The translations under genes were made by a program, and so were the position numbers. A stretch of 64,000 bases of DNA from Parcubacteria group bacterium (GTDB taxonomy: Bacteria > Patescibacteriota > Patescibacteriia > UBA9934 > GWF2-40-263): assembly GCA_013204395.1 (NCBI GenBank), contig JABMNZ010000003.1, positions 13,570 through 77,569 of the forward strand, written 5' to 3'. Each line of letters starts with the position of its first letter. The stretch's first letter is position 1. Under the pieces are notes generated by a model, which saw nothing but the letters and a program-made list of their open reading frames with translations, was not told the origin of the DNA and ran no database searches. Positions 1 through 9,546 of this stretch are shown here, piece by piece.

Positions 1-724
1 CGAACGGATCCCCTACTCCACGACGCGACTTAAAAAGTTCGAACCCCTTGATAAGAGTAGTGATGTTCTTTTTTGCCTCAAGACGTCCTACGGTTAAAAA
101 AAAGTTTGCTCCCAGGCGGTAATGCTGAAGCGTTGCTCGAGCATCGGTCTGTTCCATTTTTATCGAAGGAGCCAAAGGCGTCACAACAACATGTTCTTTC
201 GATGTCCTATAAATCTGCAGAAGATCATCTGCTGTGGCTTGAGAAGGAACAATAACTTTCAGTGAATGCTTTAGAGCGTGACGAGTCACACTTTTTAATC
301 GTTTACGAACCTTTGGATCATAAAGATCTGGTCGACGAGCAAATGCCACATCATGAATAGTGGTCACAACCTTCACTTGTTTTGACACTCTTGGAATTGC
401 TTGCGCTGGCACAAACAGCACGGATGGTTTTTTCCTCATCACCTCCCACCTCACTCTCCCTGCCATCCAACCACGAGAAAACGGCCAGTTCAAAACAGAA
501 CTTGACCAACCTTCTGGTAACTCTCCGAGTGTCTCATCAAGAGGGGTGGGTGAATACAAAACCACCCGCTCTCCCTCAATGAGTGGGTGGCTCTTCATGG
601 CCTGAATCAAATCGCGTGCGTAATTCTCTACTCCCGTGCGTCTTTGCTTGTTCGCAGAGCTCGCGTCAATCGCATACATCACTAGACCTTTTGTGTTTGA
701 AAGAAGATTCAATTCAGCATCCAT
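1..724 (-). CDS. Glycosyltransferase family 4 (GT1 group), N-terminal part; the C-terminus lies beyond the left edge of the window
   Basis: Hand reverse-complement translation of 1-724 gives an uninterrupted frame. It reads MDAELNLLSNTKGLVMYAIDASSANKQRRTGVENYARDLIQAM...FLTVGRLEAKKNI, the typical GT4 N-terminal and Rossmann signature. It is absent from the ORF track because no stop codon falls inside the window. Confidence 0.7.
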   Translation of the reverse strand, partial: MDAELNLLSNTKGLVMYAIDASSANKQRRTGVENYARDLIQAMKSHPLIEGERVVLYSPTPLDETLGELPEGWSSSVLNWPFSRGWMAGRVRWEVMRKKPSVLFVPAQAIPRVSKQVKVVTTIHDVAFARRPDLYDPKVRKRLKSVTRHALKHSLKVIVPSQATADDLLQIYRTSKEHVVVTPLAPSIKMEQTDARATLQHYRLGANFFLTVGRLEAKKNITTLIKGFELFKSRRGVGDPF

Positions 725-726
725 AG

Positions 727-1731
727 CTACGCGGTAAAAATAGATCTCTTGTAAGCCTCAAGGTTCTCAAGGGCGATCCCCGTCCCCTTTGCCACACACT
801 GCTGGGGATCTTCTGCCAAGAAGGTTGGAACACCTGTAGCCTCTGCAATAAGTGTATCAAGGTTCCGAAGCTGAGACGAGCCTCCTGAAAGTACAATCCC
901 CTTATCCATCACGTCAGCACTCAATTCCGGAGGAGTTTTATGAAGCACTTCTTTTACGGTGTTGATAATGCCCTCTAGCTCATCTTGAATCGCCGCGGTG
1001 ACATCATCAGAAGTTACTTCAATAAGTTTTGGTAATCCCGTAACCATGTCCCTACCCTTCACCTCCATGGTGAGTTTGTCTGGAAGATACATCGCTGCCC
1101 CGATCTCAATTTTAATATTTTCAGACGTTCTCTCTCCAATCGCCAAACTGTATTTACGTCGAATGTAATCACTAATGGAAGCATCAAACTTCACCCCACC
1201 AATACGGACGGACTCAGAGGCCACAATTCCACCAAGGGAAATGACGGCCATCTCTGATGTTCCTCCCCCGATATCAATGATCATGTGCCCTGACGGAGAT
1301 CCAATCGGGATGTTCGCGCCAATAGCCGCCACAATAGGCTCCTTAATGATATAAGCCGCCTTAGCCCCAGCGGCAAGCGTCGCATCGATCACCGCACGTC
1401 TTTCTGTAGATGTGATTCCCCCAGGCACGGCAACCATAACTTCAGGACGGAACAATCGCACACCCCCAAGAGCCTTGTTAATAAAATAACGAAGCATCGC
1501 TTCGGTTGTCCGATAATCCGCGATCACTCCGTCTTTCAATGGTCGTCTTGCCACAATAGTATCTGGCGTACGACCAAGCATGTCCTTTGCTTCTTTACCC
1601 ACAGCCAACACCTTCTTGTCTGTATAGCTCACTGCCACCACAGATGGCTCATGAATAATAATACCTCGCTTAGGGACATAAACGAGGACAGTGGTTGTAC
1701 CCAAATCAATTCCGATCTTTTTCTGAAACAT
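727..1731 (-). CDS. mreB: Rod-shape-determining actin homologue MreB
   Basis: 334 aa. IGIDLGTTTVLVY, DGVIADY and IIDIGGGTSE actin-fold phosphate-binding motifs are present, and the protein aligns well with bacterial MreB over its full length. Confidence 0.9.
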   Translation of the reverse strand: MFQKKIGIDLGTTTVLVYVPKRGIIIHEPSVVAVSYTDKKVLAVGKEAKDMLGRTPDTIVARRPLKDGVIADYRTTEAMLRYFINKALGGVRLFRPEVMVAVPGGITSTERRAVIDATLAAGAKAAYIIKEPIVAAIGANIPIGSPSGHMIIDIGGGTSEMAVISLGGIVASESVRIGGVKFDASISDYIRRKYSLAIGERTSENIKIEIGAAMYLPDKLTMEVKGRDMVTGLPKLIEVTSDDVTAAIQDELEGIINTVKEVLHKTPPELSADVMDKGIVLSGGSSQLRNLDTLIAEATGVPTFLAEDPQQCVAKGTGIALENLEAYKRSIFTA

Positions 1732-1733
1732 AT

Positions 1734-3707
1734 CTAAAGTTCAACGCGTACCTCCAAGTCTTGATCTAAAATGGTGTTCAACCTATACAGGTCATCTCCC
1801 CACTCACTTCCAGCCTCAGCAGGATCTGCGTGCGTCACATTCTTATCAAAATCGAAGTCCAAAGTCAACGCGTGAGCTGCCGTTCCGCTTTGTTTTATAA
1901 CATCCAGTTCATAGTCACCTCTAGCAATAGAGCTAGTAACCTCACCTGCGAGTCTAAAACTGAACGTGAGAGTTTTTTGTTGTCCTGGTTCTATTGAAAT
2001 GAACCCTCCAAAGGACGTTAAACCAAGATCGCTGAGTGTTTGTGTTTCAACACTTCCCTCAATCAACTCAGAACCCTTTGGAACATAGACTCTTGTGTAG
2101 GTTCGGTATCGAGTGGTCTTAAAATCGAAGATTCCCGTGTGATCATACGTCACAGACACGGTTCCCATAAAACGACCGCGATCATCTTTATTGATGGTGT
2201 ACTTGATGGTTCTATTTACCGCTGGGTCTGACTTCAAACTTGCTAGGTTGGCGTCTACCACCATGAGGGTATCAACGTCTCCAGGTGTTACAGATCCTCC
2301 CCAACCAGATCGCTCAATAACTTCTTGAACTTGATCGTCTGTTGAGAACAAAAGAATCTGCTTGCTAACAAGCGCACTACGAACATCTATGAAAACCTGT
2401 TCCCACTCATCAAAGGAAAGTTGGTAAAGCCGAGACTTCATTTCATCTACCAAGTCGCCTAATATTTCTTTTCTTTGTGACACTGGAATCCCCTGAGACT
2501 TAAAACCGAACTGTACCTGGTATTCAATGGCATCAGGAATATTCTCAGCAGTAAATACCTGTCCTCCAATTTCAATCCCCCCGGTTATTTCTAGAAGCTT
2601 GGATGCAAATGTTGGAGTCAAAGCAATTACATTATCTATGTGATCTGTAGTCGGAACCTTAGATTCCGTACCAATATAACCAGCTTCTTGTAAGAAAAGC
2701 TCAATGCCTTTAGCTGTAGACGTTGGAAAATCTGGCGACCAGTTGCTATCTCGGAAAAACCACTGAGTTGCTGCATTGTATTCTTTCAACGGTGAAGGTG
2801 GCTCAGTAGTAACGTGACTGGCAGCAGAATTGTCCAGAGCATACACGTCAGCAGTCTCAAGATGAGATATGTCTCCACCGAATGTTTCGAGTATTCCGTA
2901 AGAGCCAATAAAGCCCCCACCAGGACGCATCTCACTATTGTTTAAAAACAGCAAAAGGTTTGTTGATGGTTCCTTCAAGCCGGCATAGGCAGGAAGCAGA
3001 CGTGCAGCGATCGAAAGTAAATTCAATTGATTTTCAAGCAGAGCGAGCTGCACCGCTACAGGATCAAGTAGGGTTAGCATCGGACCGACCCGAACATCTC
3101 CGGACAACAATTTAATCTCTTGCTGAGCGATGTGCACCTGTGCCGTGAGCAGATCAATTTCATCTGCCGAAGCCGCTAGCCTTGAGAGAACGGCGCGCTT
3201 GGTTTCTGTTGAAAGATCATCAAAAGTTATGTCGGCAGAAAATCCATCTTGTATCTCGTCAAGATAGTCTTGAGAAACTCCAGCCAGTTGCATCATGTCC
3301 TCACCAAGATCGAACAGTGGATCTAGAGCAGAGGCAATACTCGAACTGGCACGAATTAAATCTGATACAGACGTCACATATCTGCCAATGGCTGGCACCC
3401 AAGAAATAGATGACAGGATCGGCAAGCGTCCCTCAGCAACACTCAAGTCCTCCTGAGCTCCCGCAAGAATCTCTCGCGCGCGCTCAAAAGAGAGTGACTG
3501 CGCCTCAACCTTGGCCTCAAGTAGTTGATCGCGCGCATCTGACACATGGGCATACACCTGACCAGCGACAACAACCAGAGTAATCGACCACGCTACAACA
3601 AGAATAATGCTGGATACCAAAAGTGTTCGCACAAGACGTCTGCGTCGATATCGTTTGTTCTCTATCTCAGGCTCAACCTGATGTAAAAAGTTTGCGCTGT
3701 GACTCAT
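1734..3707 (-). CDS. Membrane-anchored hypothetical protein (DUF4012-like, polysaccharide-locus associated)
   Basis: 657 aa with an N-terminal basic segment followed by a single TM helix and a long extracytoplasmic domain. It sits in an operon with GT2 glycosyltransferases. The family assignment is from memory only. Confidence 0.4.
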   Translation of the reverse strand: MSHSANFLHQVEPEIENKRYRRRRLVRTLLVSSIILVVAWSITLVVVAGQVYAHVSDARDQLLEAKVEAQSLSFERAREILAGAQEDLSVAEGRLPILSSISWVPAIGRYVTSVSDLIRASSSIASALDPLFDLGEDMMQLAGVSQDYLDEIQDGFSADITFDDLSTETKRAVLSRLAASADEIDLLTAQVHIAQQEIKLLSGDVRVGPMLTLLDPVAVQLALLENQLNLLSIAARLLPAYAGLKEPSTNLLLFLNNSEMRPGGGFIGSYGILETFGGDISHLETADVYALDNSAASHVTTEPPSPLKEYNAATQWFFRDSNWSPDFPTSTAKGIELFLQEAGYIGTESKVPTTDHIDNVIALTPTFASKLLEITGGIEIGGQVFTAENIPDAIEYQVQFGFKSQGIPVSQRKEILGDLVDEMKSRLYQLSFDEWEQVFIDVRSALVSKQILLFSTDDQVQEVIERSGWGGSVTPGDVDTLMVVDANLASLKSDPAVNRTIKYTINKDDRGRFMGTVSVTYDHTGIFDFKTTRYRTYTRVYVPKGSELIEGSVETQTLSDLGLTSFGGFISIEPGQQKTLTFSFRLAGEVTSSIARGDYELDVIKQSGTAAHALTLDFDFDKNVTHADPAEAGSEWGDDLYRLNTILDQDLEVRVEL

Positions 3708-4510
3708 GTTTGATCCTTATACTTTTTATAGTAGTATAGCGCACTTTTTATCTGAATACGTGTAAGAGGATTCAACACCTGTTTGAAAAATCCCCCCTCA
3801 GCTGTTTCACGTCTATGATAATGAATGAGTTCCACTTGAGGGTGATAGACAACTCGCCAATCATTGAGCCAAAAACGTCGGCACCAATCTTGATCTTCAA
3901 AATAAACAAAAAAGTTTGGATCGAATCCCCCAACGTCTTCATAAGCCTTTCTCCGAACAAACATAGCTGCTCCGAGAATATAATCAACATTCTGAGTCCG
4001 AGTAAGATCCTCTCCTTTCAACATGTAGGCATCAACAGCTGTCTGAGCAAATTCAAATCGACGCAACATTGGCAGGCGTCTGTAAAATATCACCTCTGGA
4101 GCCATAAACTTATATGCACTGAATTGCCGTGAGCCGTCAGGGTTCGAAAGTCGTGGACCCACCATGCCAACGTCTGGGTGTGTCTCCATGAATCCGATGA
4201 GTTGTTCAAGTGAGCCTTCTGTCAAAATCATGTCCGGATTGAAAACAAATAAAAAACGCCCTGAAGCGTGTTCCATTGCCAAATTCATACCGCGGCCAAA
4301 ACCGATATTTTCTTCCGTTGTTAAAACAATAACATCCTGGAACTCATCAAGCACCTTATCGGCCACTCGCATTTGAGGGTTATTATCGACCACAATGATT
4401 TCAATCGAACAACTAGGATTAGCTCGATAAATACCCTTAAGCGTCTGCCTGAGCAAACCAGGGGTGTTGTAGTGCACGATAAGTACAGAAACATCTATCA
4501 TACAAACCAT
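3704..4510 (-). CDS. Glycosyltransferase family 2
   Basis: VLIVHYNTPGLLRQTLKGI...IIVVDNNPQ, DxD-type GT-A fold N-terminus. The start overlaps the upstream gene by 4 bp (operon). Confidence 0.75.
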   Translation of the reverse strand: MVCMIDVSVLIVHYNTPGLLRQTLKGIYRANPSCSIEIIVVDNNPQMRVADKVLDEFQDVIVLTTEENIGFGRGMNLAMEHASGRFLFVFNPDMILTEGSLEQLIGFMETHPDVGMVGPRLSNPDGSRQFSAYKFMAPEVIFYRRLPMLRRFEFAQTAVDAYMLKGEDLTRTQNVDYILGAAMFVRRKAYEDVGGFDPNFFVYFEDQDWCRRFWLNDWRVVYHPQVELIHYHRRETAEGGFFKQVLNPLTRIQIKSALYYYKKYKDQT

Positions 4511-5583
4511 TTCCGTATCTCTCGAGCTCGAACACGACTCCCATTAAGAACTGCACGGCGTTTAGCCCACATAGATGGCAAAAACTTCATCGCATCAAAC
4601 ATTGCCCTGATTCCTTTTTCAAAAAGAATGACATACACCAAGCGAGAGAGCTCATAAGTAAAGATCCATGGAAGAGCCAAAAGCATGCTTGAAATCCTTA
4701 GGTTTTTTACAAGCATCAACCAATGGTTACGTGTGGAGTAATAATTCCGAAGAGATGACTTAGCTCGCCTGTTGGTTATACGTTGCCACAACCCCATCTT
4801 CTCTGGTCCATACATTCCACGGTAGTGATAAGCAACAGCACCTGGAATATAGAGCGATCCCCACCCAGCCTGTTGCAATCGCCATGCCATATCCACATCT
4901 TCCTTGTAAGCAAAAAAATCTTGATCAAAAAACTCATCTCCATAGCGTGTATCTTCCAACGCACTACCTCGATAGAGACATAACGCTCCACTGATACCGA
5001 ACACAAGCTCCATCTCATCAAATTGCCCGCGATCCATTTCGCCAGCCCCACGATCTGTCACCGTTCGATTCTTATGAGGATTCAATCCAACTGAATCAAA
5101 TCGATCTGAACGAATTGTCTCGCGCATCACCTCGTCAGCAAGATTTTCTCCAAATGCTCTCAGAAGCTTTCCGCCAAAGCTTCCCACTTCCGGATAATCC
5201 CTTGGGACCGCCATCAGCCTTTCTAAATAATCGTCGGAGAAAATAATATCTGGGTTTGTGACCAGGATAAACTTCTCTTGATCAGGACTTGCGTGATCCA
5301 AGGCGTAGCGGATCCCTTGGTTGTGAGCCACGGAGAAGCCGAGATTTCTTGGATTTCGGATAACCATGACTTCTGGATACTCATCACGAAGAAAAACACC
5401 CACTCCATCGGAGGAAGCATTATCAATTACAAGCACATTGAAATCCCGGAAGGTCTGGCCCATAATGGATTTCAGAAGGTCAGGAAGGAACTCCATAGAG
5501 TTCCAAACCACTATATGTATGCTAACAGAAGGATCTGACATAACAGGCCTATGATAGAGAATAGCCAAGAACAAGACAACCAT
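4498..5583 (-). CDS. Glycosyltransferase family 2
   Basis: IHIVVWNSMEFLPDLLKSIMGQTFRDFNVLVIDNASSDG, canonical GT2 N-terminal motif. Confidence 0.75.
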   Translation of the reverse strand: MVVLFLAILYHRPVMSDPSVSIHIVVWNSMEFLPDLLKSIMGQTFRDFNVLVIDNASSDGVGVFLRDEYPEVMVIRNPRNLGFSVAHNQGIRYALDHASPDQEKFILVTNPDIIFSDDYLERLMAVPRDYPEVGSFGGKLLRAFGENLADEVMRETIRSDRFDSVGLNPHKNRTVTDRGAGEMDRGQFDEMELVFGISGALCLYRGSALEDTRYGDEFFDQDFFAYKEDVDMAWRLQQAGWGSLYIPGAVAYHYRGMYGPEKMGLWQRITNRRAKSSLRNYYSTRNHWLMLVKNLRISSMLLALPWIFTYELSRLVYVILFEKGIRAMFDAMKFLPSMWAKRRAVLNGSRVRAREIRKWFV

Positions 5584-6297
5584 TTAACCAAACAGCGGCC
5601 AAAAGTTGGCATTGGTGTACTTGTTGTAAAAGACGGAAAAGTTTTGCTTGGCAAACGAAAGGCTTTAAACGGCGCTGGCACATGGAGTCCTCCTGGTGGG
5701 CACTTAGAGTTTGGTGAGTCATGGGAAATGTGTGCGGCAAGAGAAACGCTTGAGGAAGCTGGAATATCAATCAAGAACTTAAAGTTTTTTACGTCGACCA
5801 ATGATATAAGACTTGATAAGGGCACTCACTACACCACGATTTGGATCTTGGCAGAGTACGCAGCAGGAGAAGTGTGTAATCGGGAACCAGAAAAATGCGA
5901 AGGCTGGGATTGGTTTGTGTGGGAGCAAATGCCTCGACCATTGTTTCAACCAACCGAAACTATTGTCCGACAAGGCTATCACCCTCTCTCTGTCTGTCAC
6001 GATAAGTTAGTTCGCGACAAACTCCCAGAAATAATCGAATCTCATGGAGACGTGGCTATTACCCATGTGGCTGACACTGGTGAGTATCGAGACCGACTTC
6101 GGGCAAAACTGATAGAGGAAGTTAGGGAATATATTGAATCCGGAGAAACTGAGGAGCTCGCTGACATCATTGAGGTCATCCACTCACTCACGGCCCTAGA
6201 CGGAACACACCGAGAACAGCTCCAACTCATACAAACAAAAAAACACGACGAGCGCGGAGGTTTTGAAAAGAGAATAGTTTTAGATCAGACGAGATGA
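5551..6297 (+). CDS. NUDIX hydrolase fused to a MazG/HisE-like NTP pyrophosphohydrolase domain
   Basis: Nudix box GGHLEFGESWEMCAARETLEEAGI (GX5EX7REUXEEXGU) in the N-terminal half. The C-terminal half (LVRDKLPEIIESHGD...EELADIIEVIHSLT) resembles MazG/phosphoribosyl-ATP pyrophosphatase helices. Confidence 0.65.
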   Translation: MIENSQEQDNHLTKQRPKVGIGVLVVKDGKVLLGKRKALNGAGTWSPPGGHLEFGESWEMCAARETLEEAGISIKNLKFFTSTNDIRLDKGTHYTTIWILAEYAAGEVCNREPEKCEGWDWFVWEQMPRPLFQPTETIVRQGYHPLSVCHDKLVRDKLPEIIESHGDVAITHVADTGEYRDRLRAKLIEEVREYIESGETEELADIIEVIHSLTALDGTHREQLQLIQTKKHDERGGFEKRIVLDQTR

Positions 6298-7782
6298 TCA
6301 CCTCACTTTCTTGGTCACATCAAACCCTAGGTATTTGCCCATCATAAGTCTTGTCTGGGCATCGATAGCTGGAAATGAACCGAAGACAATAAACGTAATA
6401 GGAAGCAGGGCCCATTGGAAAAGCATCACCACCCAGGTGTGCTTTTTTATTTTCTCTGGACGCCTCGGCAAAAGTGTAAGTGAAACAAGCGCTGAGACAA
6501 GAATACCGATCATGGCAAGTTGCATGAGGGACTGTAGAGTAAAAGGCGCCGCCTGAATCAAAGCCTCACCACGCCCTACTGCAACCCACAATGGCAACCA
6601 CCCAAGAACAAACATAATGATCGGGGCTGTGGCCCATGTCCACATGCCCTCAATGTGATTGAATACGTATTTTATCTTCTTTGCTCGTGGAATATTTGGA
6701 TGGCGCCTAAACCCATCGATGATGTATGGCAGGTGTTCAACTCCCCATGCCCATCGTCGCATTTGCTTGTAGAGCGCGCCGAGAGATTCCTTATAGGTCT
6801 TACCAGACACAGCGTCCATAGATACTGGTAAGAACATCGGGATCACCCTGTAATCACCTTCATAATGCAAAAAGGCTTGCATGAAAATTCGCGAATCCTC
6901 ACTCACAATATCTTTCTGCCAAAACCCAACATCCTTCAGCATCTTCCACGGCATCGAATGTGATGAGAATGTCCAAAGTCTGTCAGGACGCGTCAGCTCC
7001 CCAAATAACCAAAAGGTTGTTCCAAAGGCACCTATGCGCACTGGTGCAGATGATGTCCAAATATTATTTGAGAACAATGCGATCGGTTGAAAGGAGCTGC
7101 GAGTTGGATTCTCCACAGTAGAATAGAGATATGTCAGGTAAGAGAAATATTGCTTGTGTGCGATCGTGTCGACGTCAAAAGCAGAAACCACCAGATCTTC
7201 ATCATTAAGATCTGGAAATTCTTTTGTTATCATCTCTTCTGTACGGGACCCCATCCAATTCAAGTTAGACCCCTTTCCAGGTATCTCTCCTTCAATATCT
7301 TTTGGGTGCACCGTTGTAAATAAACGAAGAAACTCAATGCCAAATTCTTTTTGTGCTCTTATCACATGTCTACCAAAAGCCTGTTCATCACCCTGTTCTC
7401 CTCCCAAAACAACAATCATCTTTCTGCTTGGGAAAGGACTTTCACGCAGACTTCGAAGTGTTCCGCGGATGATGTCGTATCCCTCCTTGTACGTTGGCAG
7501 AAAAATTAAGTGATGAATCTTTTCTGCACCATCTAAGCCAGTGAGTTTAGCCTGCCAGTCTACGAGATCTGCTTTTTTATATCTTCGCCATGAAATTAAA
7601 ACAAAAATATTGAAATACAAAACTCGAAACAGCCACAAAAGATCGAAGACGATGATAAAAACTATCACCCATAGCGGCTTATAAAAAGAGAAAGATAATG
7701 CAAGTAGAAAAGTTCCCCAAACCGTTAGGCCGGGGAACATTTCCCAAAAACGCATTTTACCGTAAGTGTAAGGTTCCGACAT
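6298..7782 (-). CDS. Processive family-2 glycosyltransferase (cellulose/PNAG synthase-like), membrane-embedded
   Basis: 494 aa with multiple TM helices and a QxxRW motif (YKQMRRWAWG). The GT-A domain lies between TM segments. Confidence 0.7.
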   Translation of the reverse strand: MSEPYTYGKMRFWEMFPGLTVWGTFLLALSFSFYKPLWVIVFIIVFDLLWLFRVLYFNIFVLISWRRYKKADLVDWQAKLTGLDGAEKIHHLIFLPTYKEGYDIIRGTLRSLRESPFPSRKMIVVLGGEQGDEQAFGRHVIRAQKEFGIEFLRLFTTVHPKDIEGEIPGKGSNLNWMGSRTEEMITKEFPDLNDEDLVVSAFDVDTIAHKQYFSYLTYLYSTVENPTRSSFQPIALFSNNIWTSSAPVRIGAFGTTFWLFGELTRPDRLWTFSSHSMPWKMLKDVGFWQKDIVSEDSRIFMQAFLHYEGDYRVIPMFLPVSMDAVSGKTYKESLGALYKQMRRWAWGVEHLPYIIDGFRRHPNIPRAKKIKYVFNHIEGMWTWATAPIIMFVLGWLPLWVAVGRGEALIQAAPFTLQSLMQLAMIGILVSALVSLTLLPRRPEKIKKHTWVVMLFQWALLPITFIVFGSFPAIDAQTRLMMGKYLGFDVTKKVR

Positions 7783-8462
7783 TATTTTTCTGAAGAGATG
7801 TCCTTTTGAAGACGATTCAAGAACTTATGAGCATGATCTTTTCCACCAAGGCCAAATGCTAGCCCACCTGAAAGTGAAAGCATGGCAACCAATCCTGTAA
7901 AGAGAACTCTGATCAATTCAGGTGCAATCTGTAGTTGAACTAATGCAGCCATTAAAGTGAACACTAAAATGGCCCACTTTGCCACTCCGGAAAGAAAATC
8001 AGCTGATTCAAGCTTTGCAGCTTCTACAGAAGTCTTAACGACGTTCTGAACAAAGTTTCCAAGCAAGATTCCAGCGAGCAGGATAATTACAGCAATGATT
8101 ACGTTAGGGATAAATGTGACCACCTGACTCAAATAGTCAGTAACTTGATCCCAACCTAAAATATCTGTTGCTGCGATGAGAGCAATGATGATGAAAAACC
8201 ACTTAACAATCCAACCAAGAAGACCTCCGATGTGTAGACGAAGTCCTGCTCGTTCAAACTGTGATGTTATCTCCAGCTTCTTTGCAAGATCATCTACACG
8301 TAAGAGTGCAACAACCTTTACAACGACTGTGCGTAAAATATGGGCGATAATGACGCCGACCAGAAAAACGAGGACCGCTCCCAATAAATTTGGAAGGTAT
8401 GCGATCAACGTATCCCATAGCTCTAGAAGTGGTCCCTGCAGTACATCTTGCGTAAGATACAT
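7782..8462 (-). CDS. Membrane protein with internal 'conserved TM helix' repeats (MscS-associated TM_helix family)
   Basis: 226 aa. Repeated L..LLGAVLVFLVG..IA / GILLGNFVQN modules are typical of TM_helix repeat proteins. Confidence 0.45.
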   Translation of the reverse strand: MYLTQDVLQGPLLELWDTLIAYLPNLLGAVLVFLVGVIIAHILRTVVVKVVALLRVDDLAKKLEITSQFERAGLRLHIGGLLGWIVKWFFIIIALIAATDILGWDQVTDYLSQVVTFIPNVIIAVIILLAGILLGNFVQNVVKTSVEAAKLESADFLSGVAKWAILVFTLMAALVQLQIAPELIRVLFTGLVAMLSLSGGLAFGLGGKDHAHKFLNRLQKDISSEK

Positions 8463-8533
8463 AGCGTTAGATTAGTGAAAAATAATAATTATTACACTAA
8501 GAGTAGCATTTTCCATTTTTTGCATCCAACTCG

Positions 8534-8938
8534 TTATCCCCACGTTTTTTTTGAAAGAGTGATGTGTGGCTCCTTATTGTAATCTGGTAGGACAAAAGTC
8601 CCCTGAGGGGTTTTGCTAAGATCAAGACTACCAACAAGATCCTTAACGGAAATATTTTGAGGGTTTGTGATCCCCCATATGGGGATATCTTGAGTCATGG
8701 CAATACTGTTAGCAAGAGTTACACTCACCCGACTTGCGGTGAATGAACCTGGACCAGTAACAACAATTACCCCCTTTAGGGTATTAATTGGCATCTTCCA
8801 CTTATGAAGAGTCTCATCAATTGAAACCAAGTGCTTTTCTGGAGGAACAAAAAAGTCCTCGCTTTGAACCAGATCTCCTCCATCCAGCAAAGCGAGGGTT
8901 AAATTTGAAATATCTTGCGAAGCAATCACTAAGTACAT
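8534..8938 (-). CDS. tsaB: tRNA t6A37 biosynthesis protein TsaB (short form)
   Basis: GVIVVTGPGSFTASRVSVTLANSIAMTQDIPIWGI matches the TsaB/YeaZ GPGSFTGLRIG signature. The protein is only 134 aa. Confidence 0.65.
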   Translation of the reverse strand: MYLVIASQDISNLTLALLDGGDLVQSEDFFVPPEKHLVSIDETLHKWKMPINTLKGVIVVTGPGSFTASRVSVTLANSIAMTQDIPIWGITNPQNISVKDLVGSLDLSKTPQGTFVLPDYNKEPHITLSKKTWG

Positions 8939-8940
8939 AG

Positions 8941-9546
8941 TTAGACAGTTAAATTGTCTATCATCACAACTTTTTCCCCATTTAAGATGGAGAGTAAGAA
9001 TCGATCCGCCACCTGACGTCTGTCAAGAAACTCATCTTTTGGCATTAATGTGTAGTTTATCTCGTAAGGAATCTCTTCTTCAAACTGCGTAATCATCTTT
9101 TCAAGATCAGCCTGCTTCAGGCTTCCTACAATCAGAATATCTGTTTCAATATCAATGGCGTCAACAAAACGACCAGTAAACGCAAAGTAGTCAACAGTCC
9201 CCTTTTCCTGAATAACTTGGACAAAATTCTTCTTCAGTAAAATCTGCACCTTCTGAAAAAGAGAACGTAGATCATCAAAAAGGATAAACTCTGTGTTCAC
9301 CTGATAGTATTTCTTCTTTTCTGATAACCTGGTAGATTCCTTTGTTTTGCTCTTTTTTTCAGTAATTAAACCCAATTCAATAAGATTCGCGAGTTCTCGT
9401 CTCACGGAATTAAGCTGCGCATCGATCCTACGAGTAAGTTCCCGAACAAAAAAAGATTCATCCGGATGCTGAAGAAACAGTGCCATCAGGCGAGCACGAG
9501 TCTTCGAGCCAAACATCTGCTCAATTTTAAATGTATTTTTGATCAT
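8941..9546 (-). CDS. Winged-helix (ArsR-like) transcriptional regulator with an uncharacterized C-terminal domain
   Basis: RARLMALFLQHPDESFFVRELTRRIDAQLNSVRRELANLIELGLI is a winged HTH. The likely start is the internal MIKNTF, because the longer ORF (to 9726) overlaps the divergent gene. Confidence 0.5.
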   Translation of the reverse strand: MIKNTFKIEQMFGSKTRARLMALFLQHPDESFFVRELTRRIDAQLNSVRRELANLIELGLITEKKSKTKESTRLSEKKKYYQVNTEFILFDDLRSLFQKVQILLKKNFVQVIQEKGTVDYFAFTGRFVDAIDIETDILIVGSLKQADLEKMITQFEEEIPYEINYTLMPKDEFLDRRQVADRFLLSILNGEKVVMIDNLTV

